64,000 nt of DNA. Origin: Candidatus Binatia bacterium (GTDB taxonomy: Bacteria > Patescibacteriota > Patescibacteriia > SG8-24). The notes beneath the pieces are model-generated. The model was not told the origin of the DNA and did not search any database. It was given only the letters and a program-made list of their open reading frames with translations. Positions 8,096 to 16,315 of the stretch are shown in pieces. Position numbers and translations under genes: made by a program. Positions within the stretch are counted from its first letter, which is position 1. The number at the start of each line of letters is the position of its first letter. The stretch spans positions 13,365 to 77,364 of the forward strand of contig DATJFD010000002.1 of assembly GCA_035495855.1 (NCBI GenBank), in the 5' to 3' direction.

Positions 8096-8923
8096 CTATT
8101 GTCGCGCGGGATGCCGTTTTCCGGCAAGGCCCGCCGCGACGGCCATGGAGACCAGGAAAAAGGCGACGGCGCAGAGCACCACGGTCGCACCGCTCGCGAG
8201 GTTGAGATAGTAGGAAAGGATGAGGCCGGTCACGGTCGAGAGCGCGGAGACCGCGGTCGCGATCGCCCAGGTCGCGCGGAAGCCCAGGCGGAACTGCATC
8301 GCCGCAAGCACGGGAATGACCATGAGCGCGCCGATGAGCAGGACGCCTACGACGTGGATGGAGATGGCGATGGTCGCGGCGCCGAGCACGGCGAGCAGGC
8401 GGTTAAGCGTCTTCACCGGAAGTCCGGCGGCCTGCGCGACGTCCTCGTCGAGCGAGACCGCGAAGAACGGCTCCCACAGGAGCGCCGCGACGGCGAGCGC
8501 GAGCGCGCCGAGCACGGCGATGTTGCGGACCTCGTCGCCGGTCACGGTGAGCACGCTGCCGAACAGGAAGCTGGCGATGTTGATGCCCGCCGAGCGCCTG
8601 AGGCCGAGCAGGACGACGCCCGTCGCCAGCCCGCCGAAGAGGAAGAGCGAGACGACCGTGTCCGAGGCGAGCGTCCGCCGCTCGCGGAGCCGCTCGATGC
8701 CGAGGATGGCGATGACGCAGGCGATGAGCGCGGACCACAGCGACGAGAGCCCGAAGAACATCCCGGCCGCGACGCCGGCGAGCGAGACGTGCGCGAGCGT
8801 GTCCGCCATGGCGGAATAGCGGCGCACGACGAAGAAGATGCCGATGGTCGGCGCGACGATCGAGAGGACCAGGCCGGCTTCGAGCGCGCGCCGCATGAAC
8901 TCGTAGTCGAGGAAATTCGGCAT
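8096..8923 (-). CDS. metal (Zn/Mn) ABC transporter permease, ZnuB/MntB-type
   Basis: Polytopic protein beginning MPNFLDYEFMRRALEAGL...DTLAHVSLAGV, typical of the ABC-3 permease family. Confidence 0.85.
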   Translation of the reverse strand: MPNFLDYEFMRRALEAGLVLSIVAPTIGIFFVVRRYSAMADTLAHVSLAGVAAGMFFGLSSLWSALIACVIAILGIERLRERRTLASDTVVSLFLFGGLATGVVLLGLRRSAGINIASFLFGSVLTVTGDEVRNIAVLGALALAVAALLWEPFFAVSLDEDVAQAAGLPVKTLNRLLAVLGAATIAISIHVVGVLLIGALMVIPVLAAMQFRLGFRATWAIATAVSALSTVTGLILSYYLNLASGATVVLCAVAFFLVSMAVAAGLAGKRHPARQ

Positions 8924-8924
8924 A

Positions 8925-9716
8925 TCAATGGTCGTTGCCGTGAGGTTCTCCGTTCTCGTGGAACCCGTGGTGGGCCTCGAGGTCGTTGTGGTCGTGGTGG
9001 AGGTTCTTCATGGCGCTGCCGGTGACGACGCAGGCCTTCTCGCCGTGGCAGACCAGCTCGTGGCGCAGGCACAGCGCGGAATCCGCCTCCTTGGCGATGC
9101 GATGGACGTCGTGCGACACGAAGATGATGGTCTTGCCCTTCTTGTTGAGCGCCTTGAGCGTGGCGTAGAACTCCTCGCGAGAGCCGGGGTCGAGCCCCTC
9201 GATGGGCTCGTCGAGCATGAGGATGTCCGGCTCGGCGGCGAGCGCGCGGGCCAGCAGCACGCGCTGCCGTTCGCCGCCGGAGAGCGACGCGATGACGCGG
9301 TGGCGGAGATGGCCGATGTTCGTGGCGTCGAAGGCGGCGTCGATGGCCTTCTCATCCGAGGCGCTGGGCCGCGCCAGGAGGCCGCGGACCTGGGTGCGTC
9401 CGGCGGCCACGACCTCCTCGGAGGTGGCCGGGAAGGACGGGTCGATGAGCCCGCCGCGCTGGGCCACGAAGCCGATGCGGCGCCTCGCGTGCATGTCGCC
9501 GCACGGCAGCCCGAAGACGCGCACGGAGCCTTTCGTCGGTTCGAGCAGGCCGAGCAGCACGCGCAGGAGCGTCGATTTCCCGCCGCCGTTCGGTCCGATG
9601 ACCGCGACGTACGAACCCGGCGCGATCGTGAAAGAGAAGTTCTCGAAGAGCGCCTCGCCGTTGCGGACGTAGGTCAGGCCCTTTGCTTCGATGGCCGCGG
9701 TCTTTTTCACTGGCAT
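8925..9716 (-). CDS. metal ABC transporter ATP-binding protein with His-rich C-terminal tail
   Basis: Walker A GPNGGGKST, signature LSGGERQR and Walker B LMLDEP. The tail reads HHDHNDLEAHHGFHENGEPHGNDH. Confidence 0.85.
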   Translation of the reverse strand: MPVKKTAAIEAKGLTYVRNGEALFENFSFTIAPGSYVAVIGPNGGGKSTLLRVLLGLLEPTKGSVRVFGLPCGDMHARRRIGFVAQRGGLIDPSFPATSEEVVAAGRTQVRGLLARPSASDEKAIDAAFDATNIGHLRHRVIASLSGGERQRVLLARALAAEPDILMLDEPIEGLDPGSREEFYATLKALNKKGKTIIFVSHDVHRIAKEADSALCLRHELVCHGEKACVVTGSAMKNLHHDHNDLEAHHGFHENGEPHGNDH

Positions 9717-10624
9717 TCGAGCGCTGTTCTCAGGTTCGCGAGGTTCTCGCGCTGCACCGAGAGATAATCCCTGCCCGCGGCGATGTCGCCGTCCGTCAGG
9801 CCTTCGAGCGGGTTGAACACGAGGGTCTGCGCGCCGATCTCGGCGGCGATGGTCTTGGAAAGCTGGGGGTTCACCAGCGTCTCGAAGAAGACGTAGTGCA
9901 CGTCCTTCGCCTTCGCCGCGGCCGCGAGCGAGGCCATGGCCCCGGCGGAGGGTTCTTCTTCGGGCGACAGGCCGGCGATGGAAAGCTGGGTGAAGCCGTA
10001 ACGCGCGCCGAGATAGGCGAAGGCGGCGTGCGAGGTCACCGCGGTGTGGAGCCGGCAGGACGCGAGACCGCCCTTGAACTCGGCGTCGAGCTGAGCCAGC
10101 TCCGCGACGTACGCGGCGGCGTTGGCGCGGTAGGTCTCGGCGTGCGCCGCGTCGATGGCGATGAGCTTGTCGCGGATGGCCTCGACCTCCTTCTGCGCGA
10201 TGACGGGATCGAGCCAGAAATGCGGATCGAAGGCCAGTTCCTGTTCTCCCTCGGGCGCCGGCAGCTTCGCGTCCACTGCCGGGGAGATCTCGAGCGTCGC
10301 CGTCCTCGAACCGTCGAGCGAAGGCGCGAGCCTCGCGGCCCAGTTGTCCATGCCGCCGCCGTTATACACGAAAAGGTCGGCCTCATGCGCGGCCGCGACC
10401 TGCCGCGGCGTCGGCTCATAGTCATGCGGCTCGGCGCCGGCGGGCGTCACGTTCGTGACCGACGCGAGGTCGCCGGCGACCTTGGAAGCGAAATGGGCAA
10501 GGGGATAGAAGCTCGCCATGATCGTGAGGTTCGCGCTCGTCGGGGCAGCCGGGGCATTGCCGCAGCCGAAGCCCGCGAAGAGCAGGGCCGCGACGGACGC
10601 GATGAAGGGAAGTCTCTTGCGCAT
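9707..10624 (-). CDS. metal ABC transporter substrate-binding protein (ZnuA/TroA family), probable lipoprotein
   Basis: Signal segment ending ...LFAGFGC. DPHFWLDP and the overall pattern match cluster-9 binding proteins. Confidence 0.8.
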   Translation of the reverse strand: MRKRLPFIASVAALLFAGFGCGNAPAAPTSANLTIMASFYPLAHFASKVAGDLASVTNVTPAGAEPHDYEPTPRQVAAAHEADLFVYNGGGMDNWAARLAPSLDGSRTATLEISPAVDAKLPAPEGEQELAFDPHFWLDPVIAQKEVEAIRDKLIAIDAAHAETYRANAAAYVAELAQLDAEFKGGLASCRLHTAVTSHAAFAYLGARYGFTQLSIAGLSPEEEPSAGAMASLAAAAKAKDVHYVFFETLVNPQLSKTIAAEIGAQTLVFNPLEGLTDGDIAAGRDYLSVQRENLANLRTALECQ

Positions 10625-10644
10625 GCTCGTTCGGTGATGCCCCG

Positions 10645-10665
10645 ATGATAATGCAACTGAGTTGC
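10645..10665 (-). promoter_or_regulatory. candidate -10 box (TATCAT) with adjacent perfect 6-1-6 palindrome GCAACTcAGTTGC (possible metalloregulator operator)
   Basis: Lies in the 46-nt spacer upstream of the binding-protein start. The palindrome spans 10653-10665. Confidence 0.3.
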
Positions 10666-10670
10666 GTCTG

Positions 10671-12617
10671 TCAAACCTTGGGGCCGTTGCCGTTCCCGTA
10701 CCTTTTCTTGATCGGCAAGAGCTTCCCGCCGGTGACGTCCACCGCGACGCCCATCACGCCGATGATCGCGCCGTCGCGGGCCTTGAGCGGCATGTTCGTG
10801 ACCTCGAGCGTTCGCTCCTTGAGGAACAGCGTGCCGCGCACGGTCTCGCCCCTGAGCGCGCGATGATGGTTGTCGACGATGGCCGGCTCGTTCTTGTACA
10901 GCTCGAACACCGACATGCCGATGTGCGACCCCGGCTCGATGCCGAGTCCGGCGAGGCCGCGGCCTTCCGAGAGCGTCATCACGCCATCCTTGTCCGTGGC
11001 CCAGAGGATGATCGGCGCCCCGTCGAGCACCGTCTTGAGGCGCATCTCGCTGTCGCGCAGTTTCTCCGTCCTGCGCCGCACTTCCTCGGAGAGTTCGGCG
11101 CCCTTGGTGCGAAGTTCGTTCTCCATCTTCCGGAAGGCGGTGACGTCGTGGACGGTGACGACCAGGCGGACGGGCTTGCCGGCGCCATCGCGCTGCACCG
11201 CGCCGTGCGCGCGCAGGATGCGCTGCTCGCCGTCCGGACGCGTGATGCGGTGATCGAAGCTGAAAGGGACCGCCTCGGTCCGCGCCTTCTTCACGGCGAT
11301 CTTCACCCGCTCGCGGTCTTCCGTGTCGATCTGCTGCAGATAGGCGGCGAGCGTCGGCCTCTCCGAGCCCGGCTCGAGGCCGTAGATGCGGAAGAGCTCG
11401 TCGGTCCAGGTCATCTCGTCCGTCGCGGTGTCCCATTCCCAGCTGCCGACATGGGCGATGCGCTCGGCCTCGGCCAGGAGCTCCGTCGTCTTGCGGCGCT
11501 CCTCCTCGGCCTGCTTGCGCGCCGACAGGTCGCGCGCCACCACCGCGAGGCCGGCGAGCCTGCCCCGTTGCCCGATCGGCGAGACGGTGACCGCGACGTC
11601 GATGCGTGAGCCGTCCTTGCGTTTGTGGACGGCCTCCATCTGCTCGATGTGCTCGCCCTCGGCTGCGCGCTCGATGAGCGCCGCGGCCTGTTCTCCGGCG
11701 AGGCCGTCCGGCAGCAGCGCGGACAGGTTCTTGCCCAGGATCTCCTCGGCGGCGTAGCCGTAGGCGTCGCGTGCGCCCTGGTTCCAGCTCGTGATGGTCC
11801 CGTCGGCGTTCGTGCCGAAGATGGCGGCGTGCGAGGCGTGCACGATGGCCGCCAGGCGGTCATGCGCTTCGCTCTCGGCCACGCGCTTGCTGACGTCGCT
11901 GAAGGTCGCGAGCGCGGCGAAGGTCTCGCCGGAGCGCCGGACGGGGACGACGCGCAGGTCGAACACCGCGGGCTCGCCGGCCGGTCCGCGAAGTCGCACC
12001 TCGTTGCGGGCCTCGCCGCCGTTCGAGAACACCCGCGACAGCATCTTGCGGGCCTGGGCCCGGTGCTCGGCCGGCAGCAGCGTCACGAACATCCGGCCGA
12101 CCACGCTGCCCTTCTCCTCCGGCGACCAGGTGAGGGGGCGGTTGACGTAATGGACCGTGCCGTCGCGGCGCACGGTCATGACCACGTCGGGGACGTGCTC
12201 GGAGAGCAGGCGCCACATCTGTTCCGCTTCGCGCAGCCGGGCGTTGTCGCGCGCCATGCGCGACGTGAGCGCGTTGACCGCGAGCGTGATGACGGGGAAG
12301 CCGATCGACACGACGATCATGCGCATGCGATCGTCCGAGGTATAGAGGAAGAACGTGCGCGGTTCGGAAAGAAGCCCCGCGAGGAAGAACCAGCCGATCG
12401 CGCCGCAGACGAGGCCCGCGATCACGCCGCCCTCGAGCGTCGCGTAGAGGACGAGCAGGCCGAAGACCAGGGAAGCGATGTCGTGCGGAACGTGCCAGCC
12501 GGAACGTTCGGCGGCGACGAGGAACGAGCCGACGAACAAGGACGCCGCCGGGACGGCGGAAGCGCGGAGGATGCGCAGGAGGGTCGCCCGGTTCATCGCG
12601 TCGCGGCGATTCGCCAT
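10671..12617 (-). CDS. membrane-anchored multi-PAS sensor protein with no recognisable output domain
   Basis: N-terminal TM helices followed by several PAS-like units (e.g. MWRLLSEHVPDVVM, RLAAIVHASHAAIFG, ELLAEAERIAHVGSWEW, RLKTVLDGAPIILWA). The protein ends just after the last PAS unit. The start is uncertain (12617, 12623 or 12596). Confidence 0.7.
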   Translation of the reverse strand: MANRRDAMNRATLLRILRASAVPAASLFVGSFLVAAERSGWHVPHDIASLVFGLLVLYATLEGGVIAGLVCGAIGWFFLAGLLSEPRTFFLYTSDDRMRMIVVSIGFPVITLAVNALTSRMARDNARLREAEQMWRLLSEHVPDVVMTVRRDGTVHYVNRPLTWSPEEKGSVVGRMFVTLLPAEHRAQARKMLSRVFSNGGEARNEVRLRGPAGEPAVFDLRVVPVRRSGETFAALATFSDVSKRVAESEAHDRLAAIVHASHAAIFGTNADGTITSWNQGARDAYGYAAEEILGKNLSALLPDGLAGEQAAALIERAAEGEHIEQMEAVHKRKDGSRIDVAVTVSPIGQRGRLAGLAVVARDLSARKQAEEERRKTTELLAEAERIAHVGSWEWDTATDEMTWTDELFRIYGLEPGSERPTLAAYLQQIDTEDRERVKIAVKKARTEAVPFSFDHRITRPDGEQRILRAHGAVQRDGAGKPVRLVVTVHDVTAFRKMENELRTKGAELSEEVRRRTEKLRDSEMRLKTVLDGAPIILWATDKDGVMTLSEGRGLAGLGIEPGSHIGMSVFELYKNEPAIVDNHHRALRGETVRGTLFLKERTLEVTNMPLKARDGAIIGVMGVAVDVTGGKLLPIKKRYGNGNGPKV

Positions 12618-12705
12618 AGTCATCCTATGATAGCACGAGCGGAACCCCCTCCGCGAACCGCGGAGGATGGCCGACGCGCCGGAAATGTGGCATGGTGGAC
12701 GGGTT

Positions 12706-14178
12706 ATGAGCCCCGCAGACGCAGCGCGAGCGGTCGCGCCCATCCTCGACGATCCGCGCCTGGCCTTCCTCGGCAGGATGCGTGAGGCGTTCCCGTCCGC
12801 CGAGTGGTTCCTCGTGGGCGGCGCGGTGCGCGACCTGGTGCTCGGCCGCTCCGGCACGAAGGACATCGACCTCGTGGCCCGCAAGGTCGGCCTCGAGGAG
12901 CTTTCACGGCTGCTCGCCAAGGAAGGCGACGTGAACTACGTCGGCAGGAACTTCGGCGTGCTCAAGTTCCGGCCGCGGGGTACCGGAGACGTCATCGATA
13001 TCGCCTGGCCGCGCACCGAACGCGCCGGCATGACCGGCGCCTACCGCGACTTCGCCGTGCAATCCGACCCCGACCTTCCCATCGAGCGCGACCTGGCGCG
13101 TCGCGACTTCGCCATGAACGCCATGGCCTTCGACCTCGTGAAGGGCGAGCTGCTCGATCCTTATGGCGGGCTCGCCGACATCGAGGCGAAGACGGTGCGC
13201 GCGGTCGGCGATGCGCAGGTCCGTTTCGCGGAGGACCACTCGCGCATGCTCCGCGCCGTCCGGTTCGCCTGCCAGCTCGGCTTCGTCATCGAACCGGCAA
13301 CGTGGGACGCGATCGCGCGCCGCGTGCCGCATCTGCATGACCTGCGTGAGGACGGGGAGCGCGTGGTGCCGTACGAAACGATCGCGAAGGAGTTCGTGAA
13401 GGCCATGGCCGCGGACCCCGCGCGCGCCGTCGAACTGTTCCACAAATGCGGCGCGCTGTTCCGGCTCGTGCCCGAGCTCGCGTCGCTTTCATCCTGCGCG
13501 CAGACGCCGGAGCATCATGCTGAAGGCGACGTCTGGACCCACACCATGCTCGCGCTCGCGAAATTGCGCGGGCCGGAGTTCGCCGGGCTCTTCCCGGGGG
13601 AGGCCGCGGACGCCGAGACGGCGATCGCGGTGCTGCTCCATGACGTCGCCAAGCCGCAGACGTTCGAGCTGCGCGGAGGCAAGGCGACGTTCTACGGCCA
13701 TGACGAGCACGGCGCGCGGATCGCGCTGGTCGTGGCCGAGCGGCTGCGCCTGTCGAGCGCCGGCATCGATCCCGAACGGCTCGCCTGGCTCGTGCAGCAC
13801 CACCTCTTCCCGAACCTCGTCGACCTCGCCGGCGTGCGCAGGACGACGCTCGCGCGGTATTTCCTGAAGGACCGGCTCGCGGGGCGCCGCCTGCTGCATC
13901 TCGCCTGCGCGGACGCCGCGGCGTCGCTCCGGCCCGACGGGTCCGCGGACCTCGGCACCTTGCGCGCGCTGCTTGCGACCCTGCGCGAGATGGAGGACCG
14001 CGAAGAGGCGGCGCCGTCGCTGCTCACCGGCGACGACGTCATGGCGATGACCGGCATGGGCCCGGGCCCGGGCGTCGGCAAGTTGCTCGATGCGCTCAAG
14101 GAGGCGCAGCTCCGCGGCGAGGTCGCGGACATCGATCATGCGAAAGAACTGATCAGAGGACTGCACCCGACGGAATGA
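12706..14178 (+). CDS. cca: CCA-adding enzyme / poly(A) polymerase family nucleotidyltransferase with HD domain
   Basis: FLVGGAVRDLVLGR...DIDLV nucleotidyltransferase head plus LLHDVAKP...HDEHG HD motif. An alternative start exists at 12667. Confidence 0.7.
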   Translation: MSPADAARAVAPILDDPRLAFLGRMREAFPSAEWFLVGGAVRDLVLGRSGTKDIDLVARKVGLEELSRLLAKEGDVNYVGRNFGVLKFRPRGTGDVIDIAWPRTERAGMTGAYRDFAVQSDPDLPIERDLARRDFAMNAMAFDLVKGELLDPYGGLADIEAKTVRAVGDAQVRFAEDHSRMLRAVRFACQLGFVIEPATWDAIARRVPHLHDLREDGERVVPYETIAKEFVKAMAADPARAVELFHKCGALFRLVPELASLSSCAQTPEHHAEGDVWTHTMLALAKLRGPEFAGLFPGEAADAETAIAVLLHDVAKPQTFELRGGKATFYGHDEHGARIALVVAERLRLSSAGIDPERLAWLVQHHLFPNLVDLAGVRRTTLARYFLKDRLAGRRLLHLACADAAASLRPDGSADLGTLRALLATLREMEDREEAAPSLLTGDDVMAMTGMGPGPGVGKLLDALKEAQLRGEVADIDHAKELIRGLHPTE

Positions 14179-14179
14179 G

Positions 14180-14205
14180 AACCGGCCAGCACGGCCGGTT
14201 TTTGG
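14180..14205 (+). terminator. intrinsic terminator after cca
   Basis: AACCGGCC-agca-CGGCCGGTT hairpin followed by TTT. Confidence 0.7.
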
Positions 14206-14214
14206 TTTTCATGT

Positions 14215-14430
14215 AGAGCCGGCCTGCCTGGGGCATCCCGCCGGTCGCCTCGGTCGGCTTCGCCTCCCTAAACGGCGACCTTGCGGGACGCCCCGGCGCG
14301 GCCTCCGCCCTCGGCAAAAAGCATCCCGGAGACTAATGAACAACAAAGAAATCCGGCCCCAAAAATGAAGCGCCGCCGCATCTCATCGGGCCGGATTTCT
14401 CGCAGGATCTTAGAAGAGGCTTCGATGGTG
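14215..14430 (-). repeat. structured repeat family, copy A (reverse orientation)
   Basis: The reverse complement starts CACCATCGAAGCC..AGATCCTGCGAGAAATCCGGCC, then a loop, GGCCGGATTTC, and a long GC hairpin. Confidence 0.75.
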
Positions 14431-14436
14431 CGGTCT

Positions 14437-14552
14437 GTTTCTGGACCCCGGGTCAAGCCCGGGGTGACAAAAGTTAACTGTCACCCCGCACTTGATGCAG
14501 GTCCAGAAAAAAAGAAATGTCACCCTGAACTTGTTTCAGGGTCCAGAAACAA
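14437..14552. repeat. REP/BIME-like hairpin cluster 1 (3 units)
   Basis: Units follow TGTCACCC-stem-loop-stem-GGGTCCAGAAA. One unit is inverted. Confidence 0.75.
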
Positions 14553-14564
14553 TGACCACCTGTA

Positions 14565-14790
14565 CCACCGAAGCCGAGTTAAGAGATCCGTCGAGAAATC
14601 CGGCTCGCTGAGACTAGGGTACGCTCCATTTCTGGAGCCGGATTTCCATGTTGCTCCATCCATGTGCGAGCGCGCATATATCGAGTACGTAGGCCGGGCC
14701 GGTCAGGTCACGCGGCGACCATTTCAGGACCCATGGGATTATGGGTCCTGGGTCGCCGCTGGCCTGACCGGACGGCCGGCTCCTCTGCCG
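14565..14790 (+). repeat. structured repeat family, copy D
   Basis: CACCGAAGCCGAGTTAAGAGATCCGTCGAGAAATCCGGC, then a loop, GCCGGATTTCC, and a long hairpin (GGCCGGTCAGGTC...GGCCTGACCGGAC). Confidence 0.7.
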
Positions 14791-14799
14791 AGTGAGACG

Positions 14800-14826
14800 A
14801 AAAAAACCGGCCCGAAGGCCGGTTTT
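14800..14826 (-). terminator. intrinsic terminator (bidirectional shape) after the YtxH-like gene
   Basis: AAAAAAACCGGCC-cgaa-GGCCGGTTTT. Confidence 0.7.
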
Positions 14827-14838
14827 CAGATCGCGACG

Positions 14839-15168
14839 TTATTTCTTCTTCCTCTTCTCGACCATCTCCTTCACGTCGGTCCAGCCCGCCTTCAGCTCCG
14901 ACTTGAGCTCCGAAAGCTCGTCCTCGGAAAGCGCCTTCACGCCGCGGAACTCCGCGACGGTCGTCTCGACGATCTTCTCGTATGCCGTCTTGCTGAGCTT
15001 GCCGAGCCTCTTGGCATGGCCGGCGACCTTGTCCTTGATGCGCATCGCCTCTTTCTTGATGTCCTTGGCGGCCTTGTCCTTGTCCTTCATCGAGTGGAGC
15101 ATGGCGGCGACCGCGCCGAGGACGGCGCCCGCTGCCAGACCCTTCACGAAGCTTTTCTTGGAGCCCAT
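14839..15168 (-). CDS. YtxH-like small protein (N-terminal hydrophobic helix plus Lys/Glu-rich helix)
   Basis: Last 109 codons of ORF 14839..16071 (MGSKKSFVKGLAAGAVLGAV...). The upstream in-frame ATG at 15201 overlaps a TGCTATAAT -10 box and was rejected. Confidence 0.6.
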   Translation of the reverse strand: MGSKKSFVKGLAAGAVLGAVAAMLHSMKDKDKAAKDIKKEAMRIKDKVAGHAKRLGKLSKTAYEKIVETTVAEFRGVKALSEDELSELKSELKAGWTDVKEMVEKRKKK

Positions 15169-15285
15169 ACAAAGCGAGGGTGAGTGAGCGAAGGCCTTCA
15201 TTATAGCACGTCTTGACGCGCCCGGCGACCGGCCAGTACGGTGAACCGGTCCCAATGTCGTCGTGTGTTCGACAGGAGGGCGATC

Positions 15286-15975
15286 ATGAAGTTCCGAAAG
15301 ACCGCGCCGCTCCTTATCCTTGGACTTTCGTTCCTTTCCGCCGCTCCGGCCGGGGCCCAGCCCCGGCATCATCGCGAACCCGCCTATGCCTCGATCCTCC
15401 GCGGCAGCCGCGGCGCGCTTGCCGGCGAGAACGCGGTCGGCGACCGCTACGGCCTCACCCGCATCCGCGACGTCGACGAGCTCCGCCGCTTCATTGCGGC
15501 CGGGCTGCTCGTCCCCGTCGCCTCGACGGACGCGTACGAGCTGGACCCTACGCTCGGCGAGGAGGACCCGGACAACGCCGCGCTCTACGCGCACGCGCGT
15601 CCCTGGACCCGCGCCTTCCTCGACGACGTGCTCGCCGAGGGTCACCGCCTCCACGGCGACCGCTACAAGATCACGTCGCTCGTGCGCACGCAGGCGTACC
15701 AGCGTACGCTGCGCCGGCACAATGCCGCCGCCGCGACGGGAAGGACGAGGGACGAGCGTTCCTCGCACCTGACGGGGTCGACCGTCGACATCCGCAGCAC
15801 CGAGCTGTCGCCGGCGGGCATCGAATGGCTGCGCACGCGGCTCGCCGCGCTCGAGCGCGCCGGCGCCATCCGCGCGACCGAGGAGCGCTACAACGGCTGC
15901 TTCCACATCATGGTCACGCCCGACTTCGAACGGCTGGCGCACCCCGCGCCGCCCCGGCATCGAAAGCACAAATAG
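15286..15975 (+). CDS. secreted LAS/M15-like metallopeptidase (VanY-like) candidate
   Basis: Signal segment MKFRKTAPLLILGLSFLSAAPAGA. SSHLTGSTVDI matches the SxHxxGxAxD motif, with a distal CFHIMV. Confidence 0.5.
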   Translation: MKFRKTAPLLILGLSFLSAAPAGAQPRHHREPAYASILRGSRGALAGENAVGDRYGLTRIRDVDELRRFIAAGLLVPVASTDAYELDPTLGEEDPDNAALYAHARPWTRAFLDDVLAEGHRLHGDRYKITSLVRTQAYQRTLRRHNAAAATGRTRDERSSHLTGSTVDIRSTELSPAGIEWLRTRLAALERAGAIRATEERYNGCFHIMVTPDFERLAHPAPPRHRKHK

Positions 15976-16005
15976 ACGACCTGCCCCTCGAGGCGGGTTT
16001 TTTTT

Positions 16006-16124
16006 AGAGGAAAAAGGGAAAAGAAAAAAGCTTAGATGAATTGAGATCTCTAAACCGTCCTGCTCGAGCATGACGGTTTTTTGTACATGTCCATTCCTCT
16101 AAGCTTTCCCTTTTTCCTTTTTTG
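16006..16124. repeat. nested palindrome (AAAAGGG words) with terminator core
   Basis: AGAGGAAAAAGGGAAAAG..GCTTAGA .. AAACCGTCCTGCTCGAGCATGACGGTTTTTT .. TCCTCTAAGCTTTCCCTTTTTCC. Confidence 0.7.
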
Positions 16125-16152
16125 CTTTTATCTCCATTTATCCCCAGCTCGT

Positions 16153-16180
16153 TTGACCAAACGTTCAACCCTGGTATCCT
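16153..16180 (+). promoter_or_regulatory. promoter of the thr operon leader (TTGACC - 16 nt - TGgTATCCT)
   Basis: The -35 and extended -10 boxes were read directly. The -10 ends 8 nt before the leader ATG. Confidence 0.5.
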
Positions 16181-16188
16181 CCATCCAT

Positions 16189-16245
16189 ATGGTTCTCGCG
16201 ACCGTCACCACGACCACGACGTCGACCACGCGCAAAGCGGGGTAG
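16189..16245 (+). CDS. threonine operon leader peptide MVLATVTTTTTSTTRKAG
   Basis: 18 codons, of which 8 are Thr (a run of 5). It sits between the promoter and the terminator upstream of aspartate kinase. It is below the 60-aa cutoff of the ORF track. Confidence 0.6.
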   Translation: MVLATVTTTTTSTTRKAG

Positions 16246-16273
16246 GTTGTCGTGCGAAGGAGACACGAGACCG

Positions 16274-16302
16274 GACCCCGCCACTGAGCGGGGTCTTTCT
16301 TT
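16274..16302 (+). terminator. attenuator terminator of the thr leader
   Basis: GACCCCGC-cactga-GCGGGGTC followed by TTTCTTT. The 5' arm can alternatively pair with GCGGGGT at 16237-16243, which overlaps the leader stop codon. Confidence 0.6.
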
Positions 16303-16315
16303 AAACCAAGACCTT

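Noticed and set aside
14437-14552. Hairpin clusters (also 49376-49520 and 60437-60590) considered as CRISPR arrays.
   Set aside because: The units are contiguous palindromes in mixed orientation, without 25-40-nt unique spacers. There are only 3-4 units per locus and no cas genes. A REP/BIME-like interpretation fits better.
14281-15183. 300-aa ORF spanning the repeat locus and the YtxH-like gene.
   Set aside because: It runs through non-coding hairpin repeats, and repeat copies translate in different frames at other loci. It is also antisense to the YtxH-like CDS.
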